This document shows positions 32,702 to 51,711 of a DNA stretch of 64,000 nt, one piece after another. The stretch comes from Eledone cirrhosa (lineage: Eukaryota): positions 12,710,001-12,774,000 of the forward strand of contig OZ024753.1 of assembly GCA_964016885.1 (NCBI GenBank), given 5' to 3'. The notes under the pieces are model-generated. The model made no database searches. It was not told the origin of the DNA and worked only from the letters and a program-made list of their open reading frames with translations. Every line of letters starts with the position of its first letter. Position 1 is the first letter of the stretch. The translations under genes and the position numbers were made by a program.

Positions 32702-32857
32702 TCCATGCTTTGACGTATAGAGTTACGGTCCTTGCCATTCTGAGTTCAAATCCCGCCGAGGTTAACTTTGTCTTTCATCCTTACGGGGTCAATAAAATAA
32801 CGTTCCTGTAAGGTACTGGGAAATTGCTGGCCTTGTGCCAAACGTAGAAACAATTAT
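32702..32857 (+). mobile_element. Same SINE family
   Basis: Consensus match. Confidence 0.8.
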
Positions 32858-34027
32858 ATCCATACAGACATGACACCCATGCAGTATATTTTTCATTTGA
32901 TCCGTTTAAAATGTTAATCTTCATAGATTGCTAAGAATAATTTATTAGTACACGCATCTTGATCCCGCCCGACAGGAGGAAGAAAATATTGCCCTGTAGG
33001 ACAGCAAGGACTACGCGCGGGAACAGCTACTCCATCTTGTTGTGCTTGCACCTGCGGGCAGCAGCTCTGCTCGGATAACTACTGTGAGCAGCAATGTGAC
33101 CCGGGACCCCCAAGAACGCTGTAAGCCTTCACAGCTATAGATTCTGAAAAACCACGAAGTAAAATATAAAATTTCTAGTCAGCTGCGTTTGTTCTTCATT
33201 TGTAGAGTAAAAATTTACAAAAATATTTGATATTATTTGTAAATATGTCAAAGTTATTTATATCAAGAGAATTCCATGTAGTCTTGAATATAATGTATAC
33301 AACAAAATTCAATTGTATATATGTAAACGTGAAAATCGTTGTGGATAAAAGCAGAAATGCTTTACAAATGGGAATTGAAAATTAGATAAATGACATTCAT
33401 AGTGAAAGTGTGTCTGTAGCCATATATTCATGAGAAATATCTAAATTAATATAACATTCTGAGAAAATTAATGTAGTTTTCATAAATGTCGGGACGATGC
33501 TAAAAGCTTTCCTGAGAAAAAAAAAACAAAATAATTAGAATCAATAGAAAAAAAAAAGCAATCAAACACAAAAAAAAACGCTATAACTGATTGATGGAAG
33601 TGTTAGACATTTCAGTGAAGAAGTTAACTCTTGGAAACAAATGTATTTTCAATATTTCGACTGCGCGTTCTTTATGTAATTCCCTGGGAAACTGCCTTTG
33701 AAATTGTTTTATTGAATAAGATGAGTGATTCATCAATCTTGTGATCAAAGCATACGTTCCAATGTATCTGTCGGCTTAAAATTTGCTCAAGAGAAATATC
33801 TTTTTAAATCTGTAGCTGATGCAACGTGAATACGGATATCGTCAAAATCTAGTCTATATTAATTTTATTATAATTTTCAGTTAATAGCAACTAATGTACG
33901 TTAGTTTCTTTACATTTACAGATTTACAAAAACACAAAAAAAATAACGAAACAAAACCAAATCTATAGACACGTTACACCTACGTGTATTTTGCAGGTGT
34001 TAATGTAAAGGCAAATGTACACACACT

Positions 34028-34068
<41 letters not shown>

Positions 34069-34676
34069 CGAAGGAAATGTGGTAAGGAACCAGGTGGACC
34101 ATAACGCACCAAAGTACTCAATACTTGAGGTAGTAGAGAGGGTAATAGGAACCAGTAAGACCCCGACAGCTTGTCGGGGTCTTACTGGTTCCTATATATA
34201 TATATATATATATTTATAAAGAATTAGTATATCTAGTAACATATATATGTTACTAGATATACTAATTCTTTATAATTATCTCCAAATTATTTGTCGAGCA
34301 AAATTGGCCAAGACTGCTGCTATGGTAACAGTCAGGCTGCTGTCTTCTTAACAAACCACTTTCCACTGATTGACCTCGATGTCACGTGATTGATTCTTTT
34401 GAATTTGCCACCGACGCAGTAGGCAGTGATTTTCTCAATGGCTAGAAATTTAGTCCACGCTTTGCTTTTTTCTATCCACTGAATTATTTTTGTATAAGTT
34501 CCCAGTGTCCACGTATTGCCTGGAAACTTAGCTGAGAATAGACTTCCCTGATGACGAAAGGCTTCTCTGTACACTTCTTCGGAAAGTATGTTTATTCCCT
34601 TTCAGAAACTAATTAGTTGGGAGTGAAATTTTAGTAAGTAAGTTAATTTTATAATTTTCTTATTTTACGTCTCTCA

Positions 34677-34828
34677 TATATATATATATATATATTTATA
34701 TATACTTATATATAAATATACATATATATATATACACATATATACATATAAATTTGTATATATACATATACATATGTATATACACATATACATATGTATA
34801 TACATATATATATCATATATATGCATGT

Positions 34829-34860
<32 letters not shown>

Positions 34861-35053
34861 CATATATATGCATGTATACATATATATATATATATCATAT
34901 ATATGCATGTATACATATATATATATATATATATATCATATATATGCATGTATACATATATATATATATATATATATCATATATATGCATGTATACATAT
35001 ATATGATATATATATATATATATATCATATATATGCATGTATACATATATATG

Positions 35054-35095
<42 letters not shown>

Positions 35096-35123
35096 ATCAT
35101 ATATATGCATGTATACATATATA

Positions 35124-35170
<47 letters not shown>

Positions 35171-35340
35171 CACACATATGTATGTGTATATATATAAAAT
35201 AAAAGAGAAAACACAGGTAAGCATTAAAAAAAGGATTTTATCCAGGTATTTACGACCGTTTCATTTTTAAGCGCAAACATATATCGCTATACTGCAAATA
35301 GTAGCCACTCGATAATACCTGTTATTCACCACCAAATTTT

Positions 35341-35387
<47 letters not shown>

Positions 35388-36000
35388 TAAGTCCACAGAA
35401 TCATTTGATAAAATATATACAGTATTTCTTCTCCCAATCAGTATAATCAACCACATAAAAAATCTATTAAGCGAGGCTATAAGTTTAAAATGTACCTATG
35501 AAGAAACAATAGATAAATAAATGATAGCCATTTTATCCGATCCACAGCCACGGAAGATTAACCCATTATTTCTAATAGCCCGTAGAAATTGATGATTTTG
35601 GTATGTTTATGTACATCAATGATTTTGGTATGTTTATGTACATTTTTCTCCTAACTTTCATGTTGTACCTAATTGTGTATGGTTAACTATATGTCTAGCC
35701 AATTTCTATACATTTTATATACATATATATTTATATACATATATACATATACATTTATATACATTATATATATATACATTATATATATATATATATTTAT
35801 ATACATATGTATTTATATATATTTATATACATATGTATTTATATATATTTATATACATATATATTTATATATATTTATATACATATATATTTATATATAT
35901 TTATATACATATATATTTATATATATTTATATACATATATATTTATATATATTTATATAGATATATATTTATATATATTTATATAGATATATATTTATAT

Positions 36001-36065
<65 letters not shown>

Positions 36066-36300
36066 AATATATATGTATATAAATATATATGTATATAAAT
36101 ATATATAAATATATATGTATATAAATATATATAAATATATATGTATATAAATATATATAAATACATATGTATATAAATATATATATATATATAATGTATA
36201 TATATATAAATATATATGTATATAAATATATATGTATATAAATATATATGTATATATGTATATAAATATATATGTATATAAATGTATATGTATATATATT

Positions 36301-36354
<54 letters not shown>

Positions 36355-36762
36355 TATGTATATAAATATATATGTATATAAATATATATGTATATAAATA
36401 TATATAAATATATATGTATATAAATATATATAAATATATATGTATATAAATATATATGTATATAAATATATATGTATATATATATGTATATAAATATATA
36501 TGTATATAAATATATATAAATACATATGTATATAAATATATATATATATATAATGTATATATATATATAATGTATATAAATATATATAAATACATATGTA
36601 TATAAATATATATATATATATAATGTATATATATATAATGTATATAAATATATATGTATATATAATGTATATATATATAATGTATATAAATATATATGTA
36701 TATAAATATATATGTATATAAATATATATGTATATAAATGTATATGTATATATATATATATT

Positions 36763-36800
<38 letters not shown>

Positions 36801-36901
36801 CATATATATTTATATACATATATATTTATATACATATATATTTATATACATATATATTTATATACATATACATATATACATATATATATATATACATATA
36901 C

Positions 36902-37000
<99 letters not shown>

Positions 37001-37008
37001 CCTATATG
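34677..37008. repeat. Degenerate (TA)n arrays (34677-35196, 35700-37008)
   Basis: Direct inspection. Confidence 0.9.
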
Positions 37009-37820
37009 TAGAGGGGAGCGGGCAACAAGGCTAGATAGCGACAGATATATACGATATATAGGGATGCACAAATCAATACTGTATGAGATTAATAATTTAA
37101 GAAACTTTCTCTACAATAAATTTTAGATAATTTTGACAGGCCATAATTGAGTCTGAATATTGATGAAGAATATTTCAGATGAGTTATTTCTCTACTTTAC
37201 AAAGTTCACCATAAATACAACGTCAGAACAATACTTGTTAAATAGAAACCTCACATAAAATTAAATGTCTGCCCCTTTTTCCATGTATTACATGTTATAT
37301 GATTAGAATACAATTATTTTATGTACTTCGCGGCATATGATAGCGAGTAATGGCGTAGAATATGAGGTAATCTAGGTCATAAGTTTAATTGAAGCCTTTG
37401 TACATATACACACACATATATATATATATACATATATACATACACACATATATATATATATATATATATACATACATACGTAGATTCATAAATGATGGCT
37501 GCAAAGTCTGGTAAGAATATTGCAATCACTTGTCAAATTACAGAGTTTGGTGCAATTTTAGGTTACGGGCAGCCATACAAACCCGTAACATATCTTCAAC
37601 AAGCAATGCCTGTGCTTTGAAGGATTTTAAGTGTGGGAAAAGCCTTGCAATCGACCCATCCCACTGTCTGAGAATCGAACACACTGGTCAACATCATCGG
37701 ATGCTTCCGAAGCCGCAATTTTTTTTTCAGAGTTTCCATCTCCCAGAAAGGTGTTGTGACAACAAACTGGGCGTCTATCACTCGTTTTACCAAAAATATA
37801 TATAAATACATATATTATAA

Positions 37821-38411
37821 TCTATATATATAAAGCTGTGGTTGTCTGTCTGTCTATCGATTTTTGGCACACATCTCCTCTTAGAATCTCTGACGGAATT
37901 GCACCGAAATTGCTATACTTGTACATTGAGCCCTAGCGAAGACATCGGAAAAAATATTTCAAATTGACCCACCCTATGTGACGAAATCGAATCTAATGTA
38001 TCGATTTTTGAGCGTAAGTGACGAGTTATTTCCCTTTGTTCTGTTTACATTGAGCGTCTTACGTTCTGTTACAATACACGAACAGTTGTCGAGCCAACAA
38101 AATTTTGACCTGCAAAATTCATCAGTTCGAACACTAAGCTTCCGTTTTGCTTCATTTCCATTTAAAAGCCTTTTAAAACAATATTTTTATTTGAAAACAA
38201 GTCTATTTAAAGACTACGTAAAACAAGCAAATATTTCGTAAAAAAAAGCAAAAATTATATAAGTTTATTTAAAATATATGTATCTGTAAATTTCGTTAGG
38301 CGTGCAGACAGACAGTCGGGCAGACAGACTTTAAGCCAAAAAAGAAACTTAACATTGTAACTTTAACACAGCTACTGAGCGACCCCGAGCAACGCCGGGC
38401 TTTACTGCTAG
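37821..38411 (+). mobile_element. Non-autonomous Helitron-like element
   Basis: Starts A|TCTATATATATAAA and ends with the hairpin cccgagcaacgccggg followed by CTAG|T. Confidence 0.7.
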
Positions 38412-38869
38412 TAGAATATAAAAGAAAAACGAACACTGGTATATACATATATGTGTTCAAATCGTAAGGGACCAGATTCGCTAAGGTGAAAAGAATACTA
38501 ACTATAGACAATTGGGTTTGCACATATACACACAGAGACTATTTTGAGTTGCTAACTCAATATATACCTTTGATATAAATACATATATACATACATACAC
38601 ACACATATATATACATAGGCACATATATAAAGTCATGTATACATACATACATACATACATACATACATACATACATACATACATACATACATACATACAA
38701 AACATTCTTGCGATTCAAGGGATGACAATTTCTTTTCTTTTACAACCTTGCACCCAGGAAGGTGGCCGGTCAAAAAAATATACTCGAAATTAAGAGAAAG
38801 AGAAAACAGATACATACATACATATATATATACATATATACATTCATATATACATTTTCACACACACAA

Positions 38870-38908
<39 letters not shown>

Positions 38909-39289
38909 TTTTGTTTTTATGGAAGGAATTCTGATTTGGACTTTGAAACAATTGTGAACGAATAAATATTTTTTATAGAATTTGGTTATTTATTCTTCCA
39001 TTATAATTTTATAATTTTGACATATATATGTGTGTGTGTGTGTGTGTGTTTGTGTATATAGACTAACACAAATGTGTTAAGGTGCGCATGAAAACAGCTC
39101 CGTCAATATCAGCTGTAGAAATAGACGTTCTCTGTTTTAACACGTTCTTACATTTGAATATTACTTGCAAGGAAAATTTTCGTGACTGAATTATGTTACA
39201 TAAGTGCAGGCTGAGTTTCTTAGTTATAACACGAATAAGGTTTAGCACAATACGTTCTGTGAATGAATGGCAGGACTTCTAGATATAGT

Positions 39290-39573
39290 AATCTGATGGC
39301 CCAGGACAACTCGAGCCTCGTGCTCAGGACAGGACTGAGTTGAGAGCCCTTACCAGACGCGCCAAAGACTCCTTTGAAGAGAAGAGACGGGCAGAGGTCA
39401 CTGAGGCCCGTGAAAGGAGGAGAAAGGCATCAACAGCTGCCCCAAGCAACTCCGGTCTCTTCCCCTGCCCCCACTGTCCCCGGACCTGCAAGTCAAGGAT
39501 CGGCTCCCACAGCCACCTTCGTTCCCACGGCAGACGGGAACTAAAAGTAAAGAAGATGTCATCATCGTTTACG
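39290..39573 (+). mobile_element. RTE LINE 3' end (C2H2 finger), in the left arm of an inverted duplication
   Basis: RRRK..FPCPHCPRTCKSRIGSHSHLRSH followed by catcatcgtttacg. Confidence 0.8.
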
Positions 39574-40109
39574 TGTGTATATACACACATTCATGAATAT
39601 ACAAAAAGTATAAAAATTAAGGAAAGAACTTTCAAACGTATATACATTACACACACTACGCACAAACGCTCACACATACGCACAAACGCTCACACATACG
39701 TGTGTATGAGCTGTGTATGTATTGTATGTATGTGTAACAAACTATTCAAATCTAGATAACTGTTTTCATTTCAAAGAATTCCAGATTCCCAGACAGAGAA
39801 CTTGTATATCTACGCGATATTTTCACCTCGATTTAACCTACAAGCCTTCTTTCTTAGTATTTTCAGTCGTACTCTGCCTCACTACATCACTTCTCTTCCT
39901 TATAACCTCCTTTCCATATTCAAGATGGGCTCCGAATAAGCTATATCTGTTACCAAGTTCATGTCACCCATATATTCTCTTGCCATTCATATATTTAATC
40001 TCTTCCATCCCTGCCTCAGTGTGACTCTGGTATTTATATATTTTCTTCTTTCCATCAGCTCATTTTTTATATGGAAAAAAATGTTCACCGGATTTGCCAT
40101 CAGATTCTT

Positions 40110-40400
40110 GGTTGTCCATCGTAAACGATGATGACATCTTTATTTTTTTAGTTCCCGTCTGCCGTGGTAACGAAGGAGGCTGTGGAGGCCGATCCTTGAC
40201 TTGCAGGTCCGGGGACAGTGGGGACAATGGAAAAGACCGGAGTCGCTTGAGGCAGCTGTTGATGGCTTTCTCCTCCTTTCACGGGCCTCAGTAACCTCTG
40301 CCCGTCTCTTCTCTTCAAAGGAGTCTTTGGCGCGTCTGGTAAGGGCTCGCCACTCAGTCCTGTCCTGAGCACGAGGCTCGAGTTCTTCTGGGCCATCAGA
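40110..40400 (-). mobile_element. RTE LINE 3' end, in the right arm of the inverted duplication
   Basis: Reverse-complement homolog of 39290-39573, ending gtcatcatcgtttacgatggacaac. Confidence 0.8.
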
Positions 40401-41068
40401 TTACTATATCTAGAATTCCTGCCATTCATTCACAGAACGTATTGTGCTAAACCTTATTCGTGTTTTTGTCACACATTTTTTGGTGTTATAAGTAAGAAAG
40501 TCAGCCTGCACTTATGTAACATAATTCAGTCAGCAAAACTTTCCTTGCAAGTGATATTTAAATGTAAGAACGTGTTAAAACAGAGAACGTCTATTTCTAC
40601 AGCTGATATTGACGGAGCTGTTTTCATGCGCGCCTTAACACATTTGAGTTAGTTTATGAACTAGTTACAGTTATGTGTAGATATTTTTTGGTACATTTCA
40701 CCATCTAGCTGGTAGAATTTATGGTATCAATCAGCTGTGACGTAAGATACTTCTCCTTTCATCGCCTTGAGTTTTACATATGTAGCTCCTAATTTAACGC
40801 TTAGCCACTTATACCACTCTGGGTGGTAAAATGCAATTTACTTCTAAAAAAGACATTACAAGATTCTCTGAAGACATATATTCCCCCCCCCCCCCTCTCT
40901 CTCTCCGTGTTTCTCTCTCTCTCTCTTGCATCAAAATATATTTATAGGTTTTGGAATATACAATTAACGGAAATTTCCACCTCTCCGGATGTTTGCAGAT
41001 TTTAGTATGACAGAAGATTAGTTTTTTACAGTACTACACACAGACACAAAAATACATATATATATATA

Positions 41069-41944
41069 CGAGGTGTGCCAGAAAAGTTCCAGGACTGATG
41101 TCACAAAAGATTTATTTCAAACCCAAACTTCACACTAAAAGTTTTCTCCTTCAAAGTAATCCCCCTGGAGTCTAATGCACTTTTCCATCCTGTTCTGCCA
41201 TGCTTGCATGCACTCCTGGAAAGAATCTTCCGGGATCCTCCGCAGTTCCGTCGTCACGACCTTTTTGATGTCGTCCACGTCTTCAAAACGGACCCCCTCC
41301 GCGTCGTACTCGAAGATCCATGACTCATCACCGGTGATGACTGTCCCTAGCAAGTCTGGTTCGGTTTCAAGACGCTCGAGGATGTCCTGGCACACTTGCA
41401 TGCGTCGACCCTTCTGGTCAACATTCAGCAGATTGGCACCATCTTCGCGCAGACTTTCCGCATGTCCAAATCTTCAGTGAGAATCTTCCAGACGCTGTCC
41501 CGATTCATGCCCAGCTCATTTGCCATCAGTCGAACAGTCAGCCGACGATCGCTACGCACCATCTGCCTAACGCGCTCAACGTTGATCTCAGTCCTGGTTG
41601 TTGAGGGCCTTCCGCTCCTGGGGTCATCATCCACGTCCTCGCGTGACATCGTCTCATTTCCATACACTTGCTGTATCAATCCCAGTGCTTCTGACGGAGT
41701 TTTCCCCAACCGTACCAGAAACTTCAAGTTTGTTTGTTCGTTGCTCTGTGCTCATTGCTTGACGACCTGAAACAGAGGGCATGTATATAAAATTATGAAG
41801 AAAAAAGTTTGATCGCTGCAAAGAGCTAAGATTACAGTTACATACTCCAGGGGGATTACTTTGAATGAGAAAACTCTTGGTGTGAAGTTGGGTTTGAAAT
41901 AAATCGTTTGTGACATCAGTCCTAGTACTTTTCTAGCCCACCTC

Positions 41945-41945
<1 letters not shown>
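41069..41945 (-). mobile_element. Mariner (Tc1/mariner) transposon relic, internally deleted, with ~100-bp imperfect TIRs and TA flanks
   Basis: Peptides DDPRSGRPST, DRRLTVR, KVCAKMVP, ITGDESWIFEYD and CIRLQGDYFE. The ends read cgaggtgtgccagaaaagt.. and ..actttctagcccacctcg. Confidence 0.9.
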
Positions 41946-41998
<53 letters not shown>

Positions 41999-42404
41999 AT
42001 AATAATAAATTTGAAGACTAAAATCAAAAGAGGGCTCGATAAGGTTAAATATATATCAAATATATGAGAAGCGTAGAGCAAGTATTTATTAAAATAACAG
42101 ATTAAAGTTTAAGCAAAGAATCGCTGCTTTCACCCTTAACGGGATCTTCTGAAATTTTCAGAAAATCCCGTTAAGGCTGAAAGTAGCGATTCTTTGCTTA
42201 AACTTTAATCTGTTATTATAATAAATATATATATATGTATGTATATAGTAATAATATATGTGAAGACTAAAATCAGAAGAGGGCTCGATAAGGATTATAT
42301 ATATATATAAAACATATATAAACCCGTAGTGCAAATATTTATGGTAAGAACAGTTTAAAGTTTAAGGGTGAAAGCAGCGATTCTTTGCTTAAACTTTAAT
42401 GTTT

Positions 42405-42536
<132 letters not shown>

Positions 42537-42596
42537 AGAGAGTGTTTAAATTTGCTTCACCCATTGTGGAACACACACACACACACACACACATAT

Positions 42597-42649
<53 letters not shown>

Positions 42650-43347
42650 TATTATATATATATATATAACTTCACGTGATTCATGAACTTTATAAAATGG
42701 AAACATTAAAAATATATTGCACCATGTTTTCAAATGTCCCTATATTTTGATCTGTCTTAAATTAAACTCTATAATTTGCTAACGGTGTACTTACATGGGT
42801 TCTAATAATGCGTTTCTGCTACGTTTTCTTGAAGATCTTCTCCTACATATCCTATTCCCAAATCTAATTATTACCTAGATAGAACGTGAGTTGGATTTCA
42901 AAGCTGAAATTCCAGTTAAAACCCCAGCTATACGTCTTCACTCTGAAATCATTATTCTAGGGATACGTGAATTATTTCTCTTTTTCTTGTTTAATTCGAA
43001 GCTACCCAGTAATCCAAGTATTTTTGCATTTTATAAAAGACCAAAAAGTATTTGAAAATAGATCTTTGAATTCCACAAAATCTAAAATTTTAAGTGCTAT
43101 CTTAAGTAAATTGTCGTATATGTAAATGAAACGAGAAATGACATAATTGTTTCTACGTTAGGCACAAGGCCAGCAATTACCCAGTGCATTACTAATACAT
43201 ATGAATCGTTATAGTTTAACTGATGCATTTTGGGATATGTAATAAATGATAAGGGATTTGGAAAGCCGGTAAAATGTGAAAAGAAACATAAGGGATTTTT
43301 TGTGTAAAAAACATGAAATAACAAAATATAATACTGTTTTATCTAAT

Positions 43348-43600
43348 ATACAGGGTACGTCAGATTTTTAGGACACCTCTTTCTTCAGCTCTAACTTTCT
43401 CGCTAATAATTTGTTGTTTTTTTTAAATTTATTTTTCAGATAAATAATGCCATACATTAAATTGACTCAACAAATAAAAAGGCAGCTGTCGTCGTTGCCT
43501 TAAAAGCACAGCATAGTGATACAGCGGTAAGTTTCTTTTCGGAAGCTGCCCAATCCTTCCTCGTCAAAGTTAGAAAGGGTCCGAAAGCTGCTGATATGTT
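43348..43600 (+). mobile_element. Tc1/mariner-superfamily 5' fragment
   Basis: ta|cagggt terminus followed by a degenerate HTH-like peptide AVVVALKAQHSD..SFLVKVRK. Confidence 0.4.
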
Positions 43601-43709
43601 AAGGTAAAGAAATTGCCATGGAAAACCTACACAGAAACTAATAAATACATCAAAAGATAGAAATAGTTTATTATATCGTTAACCGGATTTAAAATCAGAA
43701 GGTATAGGG

Positions 43710-44090
43710 CTGTAACTATCTGCTTTGCGTCATATAGTTATTATGGTTATGGACCTTTACGTTCTGATTTCAACCGGGGTTAGGTTTGTTTTTCATACTT
43801 ATGGGATCAATAAAATAAAGTATCAGTAGCAAAGTGGGGTCGATTTAATTGACTTTTCCCTCCCCTAGAATTGCTGGCCTTGTGCCTAAATGAAAAACCA
43901 TTATTATTATCAGTAGTAGGGCGGTGGATTGGCAGATTGCTTTGACGTATAGAGTTACGGCCCTTGCCATTCTGAGTTCAAATCCCGCCGAGGTTAATTT
44001 TGCCTTTCATCCTTACGGGGTCGATAAAAAAAATTTACCAGTAATGCACTGAGTTATTGCTGGCCTTGTGCCAAACGTAGAAACAATTAT
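43710..44090 (+). mobile_element. Two tandem SINE copies (~43710-43907, 43919-44090)
   Basis: Consensus matches. Confidence 0.8.
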
Positions 44091-44569
44091 GGATTTTGTT
44101 GTTAAGAGTTAATTATTATTTTATCTGAGGAGAGAGGAAATATCTCACTATTAGAGTTCAGTTGGTCGTAGCTTTAATCAACATATTATAGGCAACTAAT
44201 CAATCGTGACAATCGGCCATTACAATATAGCGATTATTTTGAATAAAACATTGTTTTTAATGATAGCGTTTGATTAGATAAAATTAATATATTTAAAATA
44301 GGAATAAAAATAAAACGTAAACAGACGACACGGATAAATTAAATAGATAAATTTGAAATAACAAAATTAGTATTAAAGGAATATATGATCATTCTTGAAC
44401 ACAAAAAGGTACACACACACACATATATATATAAGTATATATATATACGTATGTATATATATTTATATATACACACATATATATATATATATGTAGACAT
44501 GTTTATGTAAGTATATATATATATATATTTGTATACATATATATATATATATGTATGTATATATATATA

Positions 44570-44683
<114 letters not shown>

Positions 44684-44701
44684 TATATATATATATATAT
44701 A

Positions 44702-48203
<3,502 letters not shown>

Positions 48204-48294
48204 ATGTATACATACATATATTTGTATACATATATGTATATATGCATATATATATATGTATATGTTATACAAAAAAGGTAATCATATACACACG

Positions 48295-48346
<52 letters not shown>

Positions 48347-49773
48347 TACATACAAACACATATGGAGTATAAAACTAATTATTGAACTGCATTGGGTAAC
48401 ATAACAACATAACATCTTCCCATAATTGTTGTAATAAATCAATAAAAACACTGAGAAAATATCCAAACAAAGAAAATAATCTTAGACATGGTAGACAATT
48501 CTTCATGAAAGTTAATTAAATAGGGATGGGAAATATCGTTGATTTGGAAACGGATCAGTGAAATCTGTTGAAAATAAAATAAACAATGGAAAATCAAAAA
48601 TAAACAACATAGGAATGTTGGTTCCCCTTCAAACAATGTAATCAATTTGCTGTAACTGTTTACTTTCAATTTTCGCTCGTTTGGAATGTTTATACGAAAT
48701 TCTTCCTAAAATTCTCATATATATACATATATATATACATTGATAAACATATATATATACATATATAAACATATATATATATATACATATATAAACATAT
48801 ATATATACATATATATCTAATTATAAACATATATATATATATACATATATATCTAATTATAAACATATATATATATATACATATATATCTATATCTATAT
48901 ATATATAAGCCCAGGGATATATAATTTGTTGGTAATTCAACAAATATATATATTTATAACTGATTCGAAGCACTCGACAAGTTTTCTGGAGTATAATATC
49001 AATGATATTAATAAATGGAAACTATATTTATAAAACCATATTTATTCTATTATAGATATTTAAAGGTTACCAAAACTTTGGTACGCACTCATCAGATAAA
49101 ATGTAGTTTGTCTCATAATATTGACATATCCAGGAAGGACATCTTAACGGTTCAAGTTGAGGAAAAGCTTGAACCATTAAGATCTCCTTCCTGAATATGT
49201 CAATATTTATTTGGCGACCAGCTCTCGGACAGTTCACTCACGAGCGAGTTTGTTAATTTTATTATATCTGTATCGAATTAAATTAGTGGTTGGACTGCAG
49301 TGGTGTTTACCAAAGTAAATAACCCTATGACCAATTCACTAAAATCCATTAGAGGATGTGCAATTATAAATTCTATTTTGCTTTAAAATTTGAACGAAAT
49401 GCGCGGCAAAATGTGGGAGTTAGAGCCAAAAATCTTATTTTTCGATACCTAAAAAAAGGTGACACCCTATCGATTTTTATCTGCAGAATGACCCCGGAAT
49501 AAAAAAGATAACGATAAGCTGATATACATAAAGCACTCCCCAATGACTAATCTATGAGCCTGTAAAGTTTCATGAAAATCGGTCGTAAGATGTAGGCCCC
49601 TAATACACAGTCACATAGACACACACACACACATATATACACATATATATATATGTGTGTATGTATGTATGTTTATATATATATGTGTGTGTATGTATGT
49701 ATGTATGTTTATATATATATGTGTGTGTATGTATGTATATATGTTTATATATATATATGTGTGTGCGTGTATG

Positions 49774-49810
<37 letters not shown>

Positions 49811-50079
49811 TTATATTTATATATATATACGTATGTTTATATATATATATATATGTTTTTTAGCTTTAAACTATCTCTGTTATTGTATTAAATATGTTTA
49901 TATATATGTATGTTTATATATATATATATATGTTAATATATATACGTATGTTTATATATATATATGTATGTTAATATATATATATATGTTAATATATATA
50001 TATGTTAATATATATATATATGTTAATATATATATATATGTTAATATATATATATATATGTTAATATATATATATATGT

Positions 50080-50111
<32 letters not shown>

Positions 50112-50173
50112 TTATATATATATATGTATATATATATGCACATATATATATATACATATATACATACACACAC

Positions 50174-50206
<33 letters not shown>

Positions 50207-50515
50207 ATATATATGCAAGTGTACGTATATTCTGTACTACCGCACTTTCTTATATTACATTTTAAGGCTCGTTCTGCTGAGTATTTCGTCAATAGCTTGT
50301 AACAAACAGATTTATTCTGAATTTCATATAGAACTTTATCCTGTTGGATTGAAATCAATAGATAAAAAGAGTGCATACAATGGATTTATGAAATATTATC
50401 TTGAAAGAGTCATAGGATCGCCGTATTGACACACAGACATTCTTCTGCTATTTAAGCCTGGCAGAGCCCATCTCTCTCCGGGCCTGTGTATAGTATTTTT
50501 CTCCGAGAGAAATAT

Positions 50516-50554
<39 letters not shown>

Positions 50555-50978
50555 GAGAAGGAGATATTGAGGAAGAATCGACCTCAGTACTAAACTGGTA
50601 CTTTTTCATCGAACTCGAGATGATGGAATCAAAGTTGACCTATGCGGGATATGATCTCAGAAAGCAGAGAGGTGGAACGAATACCGCAAAACTTTCTATC
50701 CGACTTTCTAACGATTCTGCCAATTCGCCGCCTATTATACAATCTAATATAATCTAATGTGGCCGAGTTTACACTCGCTCATAAGAAGAAACTGGGGCGT
50801 CCCTAGGAGCATTGGATTTGGTGTACTTCATATTTGGTTCGGTTACTGAATAGAATCATGGGTCTCTACTTCTCCTGATGGTCAATAATTCTTTTCTAAC
50901 TCGAGCTGTAGCACCTTTCCATTGTCAATTTGCATTGATCATCTGCAAAGCCGCATTTTTCTCAGAACCACTACACAT

Positions 50979-51130
50979 GGTGCATGGCTTAGTGGTTAGA
51001 GCATTGGGCTTGCAATCGAAAGGTTGTGAGTTCGATTCTCCGTCCAGGCGATATGTTGTGTCCTTGAGCAATACACTTTATTTCACGTTGCTCCAGTTTA
51101 CTCAGCTGTAGAAATGAGTTACGACCCTGC
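50979..51130 (+). mobile_element. tRNA-derived SINE with a CORE-like central domain
   Basis: A-box tggcttagtggttagagc, B-box gagttcgattc, then gtgtccttgagcaatacacttta..ctcagctgtagaaatg. No tRNA acceptor stem. Confidence 0.75.
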
Positions 51131-51420
51131 CAAATCAATGGATGGCAGCCGTTATATACAAGGCTTGTATATACTCATAAAATCAAGTTTAATCATGAAT
51201 ATGTGAAGAGACTTGCATATTCATGATTAGATATACATCACATCAAGCCACCAAAAAGTAATGTTGTTGAAACCACACCTTAAACCCATACACTGCAATC
51301 GGCTATATATTACTGTAGTACGTAACAGGCTAGAGAAGGGAGATAACTATGGACAAGTGATGAGGGGTTTGCGGATCCAGTATCCACGACATATGTTCAG
51401 CTTTATACCTAACATTATAG

Positions 51421-51612
51421 GACCGGTGGATTGGCAATATCGGTAAAGAGTCGGACACCATGCTTTGACGCATAGAGTTACGTCCCTTTATGATCTCAGT
51501 TCAAATCCCGCCGAGGTTAACTTTGCCTGTCATCCTTACGGGGTTGATAAAATAAAGTACCAGTAATATACTGGGTCATTTGCTGGCCTTGTGCCAAAAG
51601 TAGAAACAACTA
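51421..51612 (+). mobile_element. Same SINE family, full copy
   Basis: Consensus match. Confidence 0.8.
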
Positions 51613-51711
51613 TAGGACATACACACACACACATATATCTCTCTATATATATCTATATATATATAACAAATAGTGTTATATACACACACACCTATATATA
51701 TAACAAATAGA

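Noticed and set aside
32960-33130. GC-rich patch as a possible host exon
   Set aside because: No recognisable peptide or supportable splice structure from sequence alone.
34548-34560. CTGATGAcGAAA as a hammerhead
   Set aside because: No stem II and no matching stem I or stem III.
50979-51050. Possible tRNA gene
   Set aside because: It has A and B boxes but no acceptor stem and continues into a SINE body.
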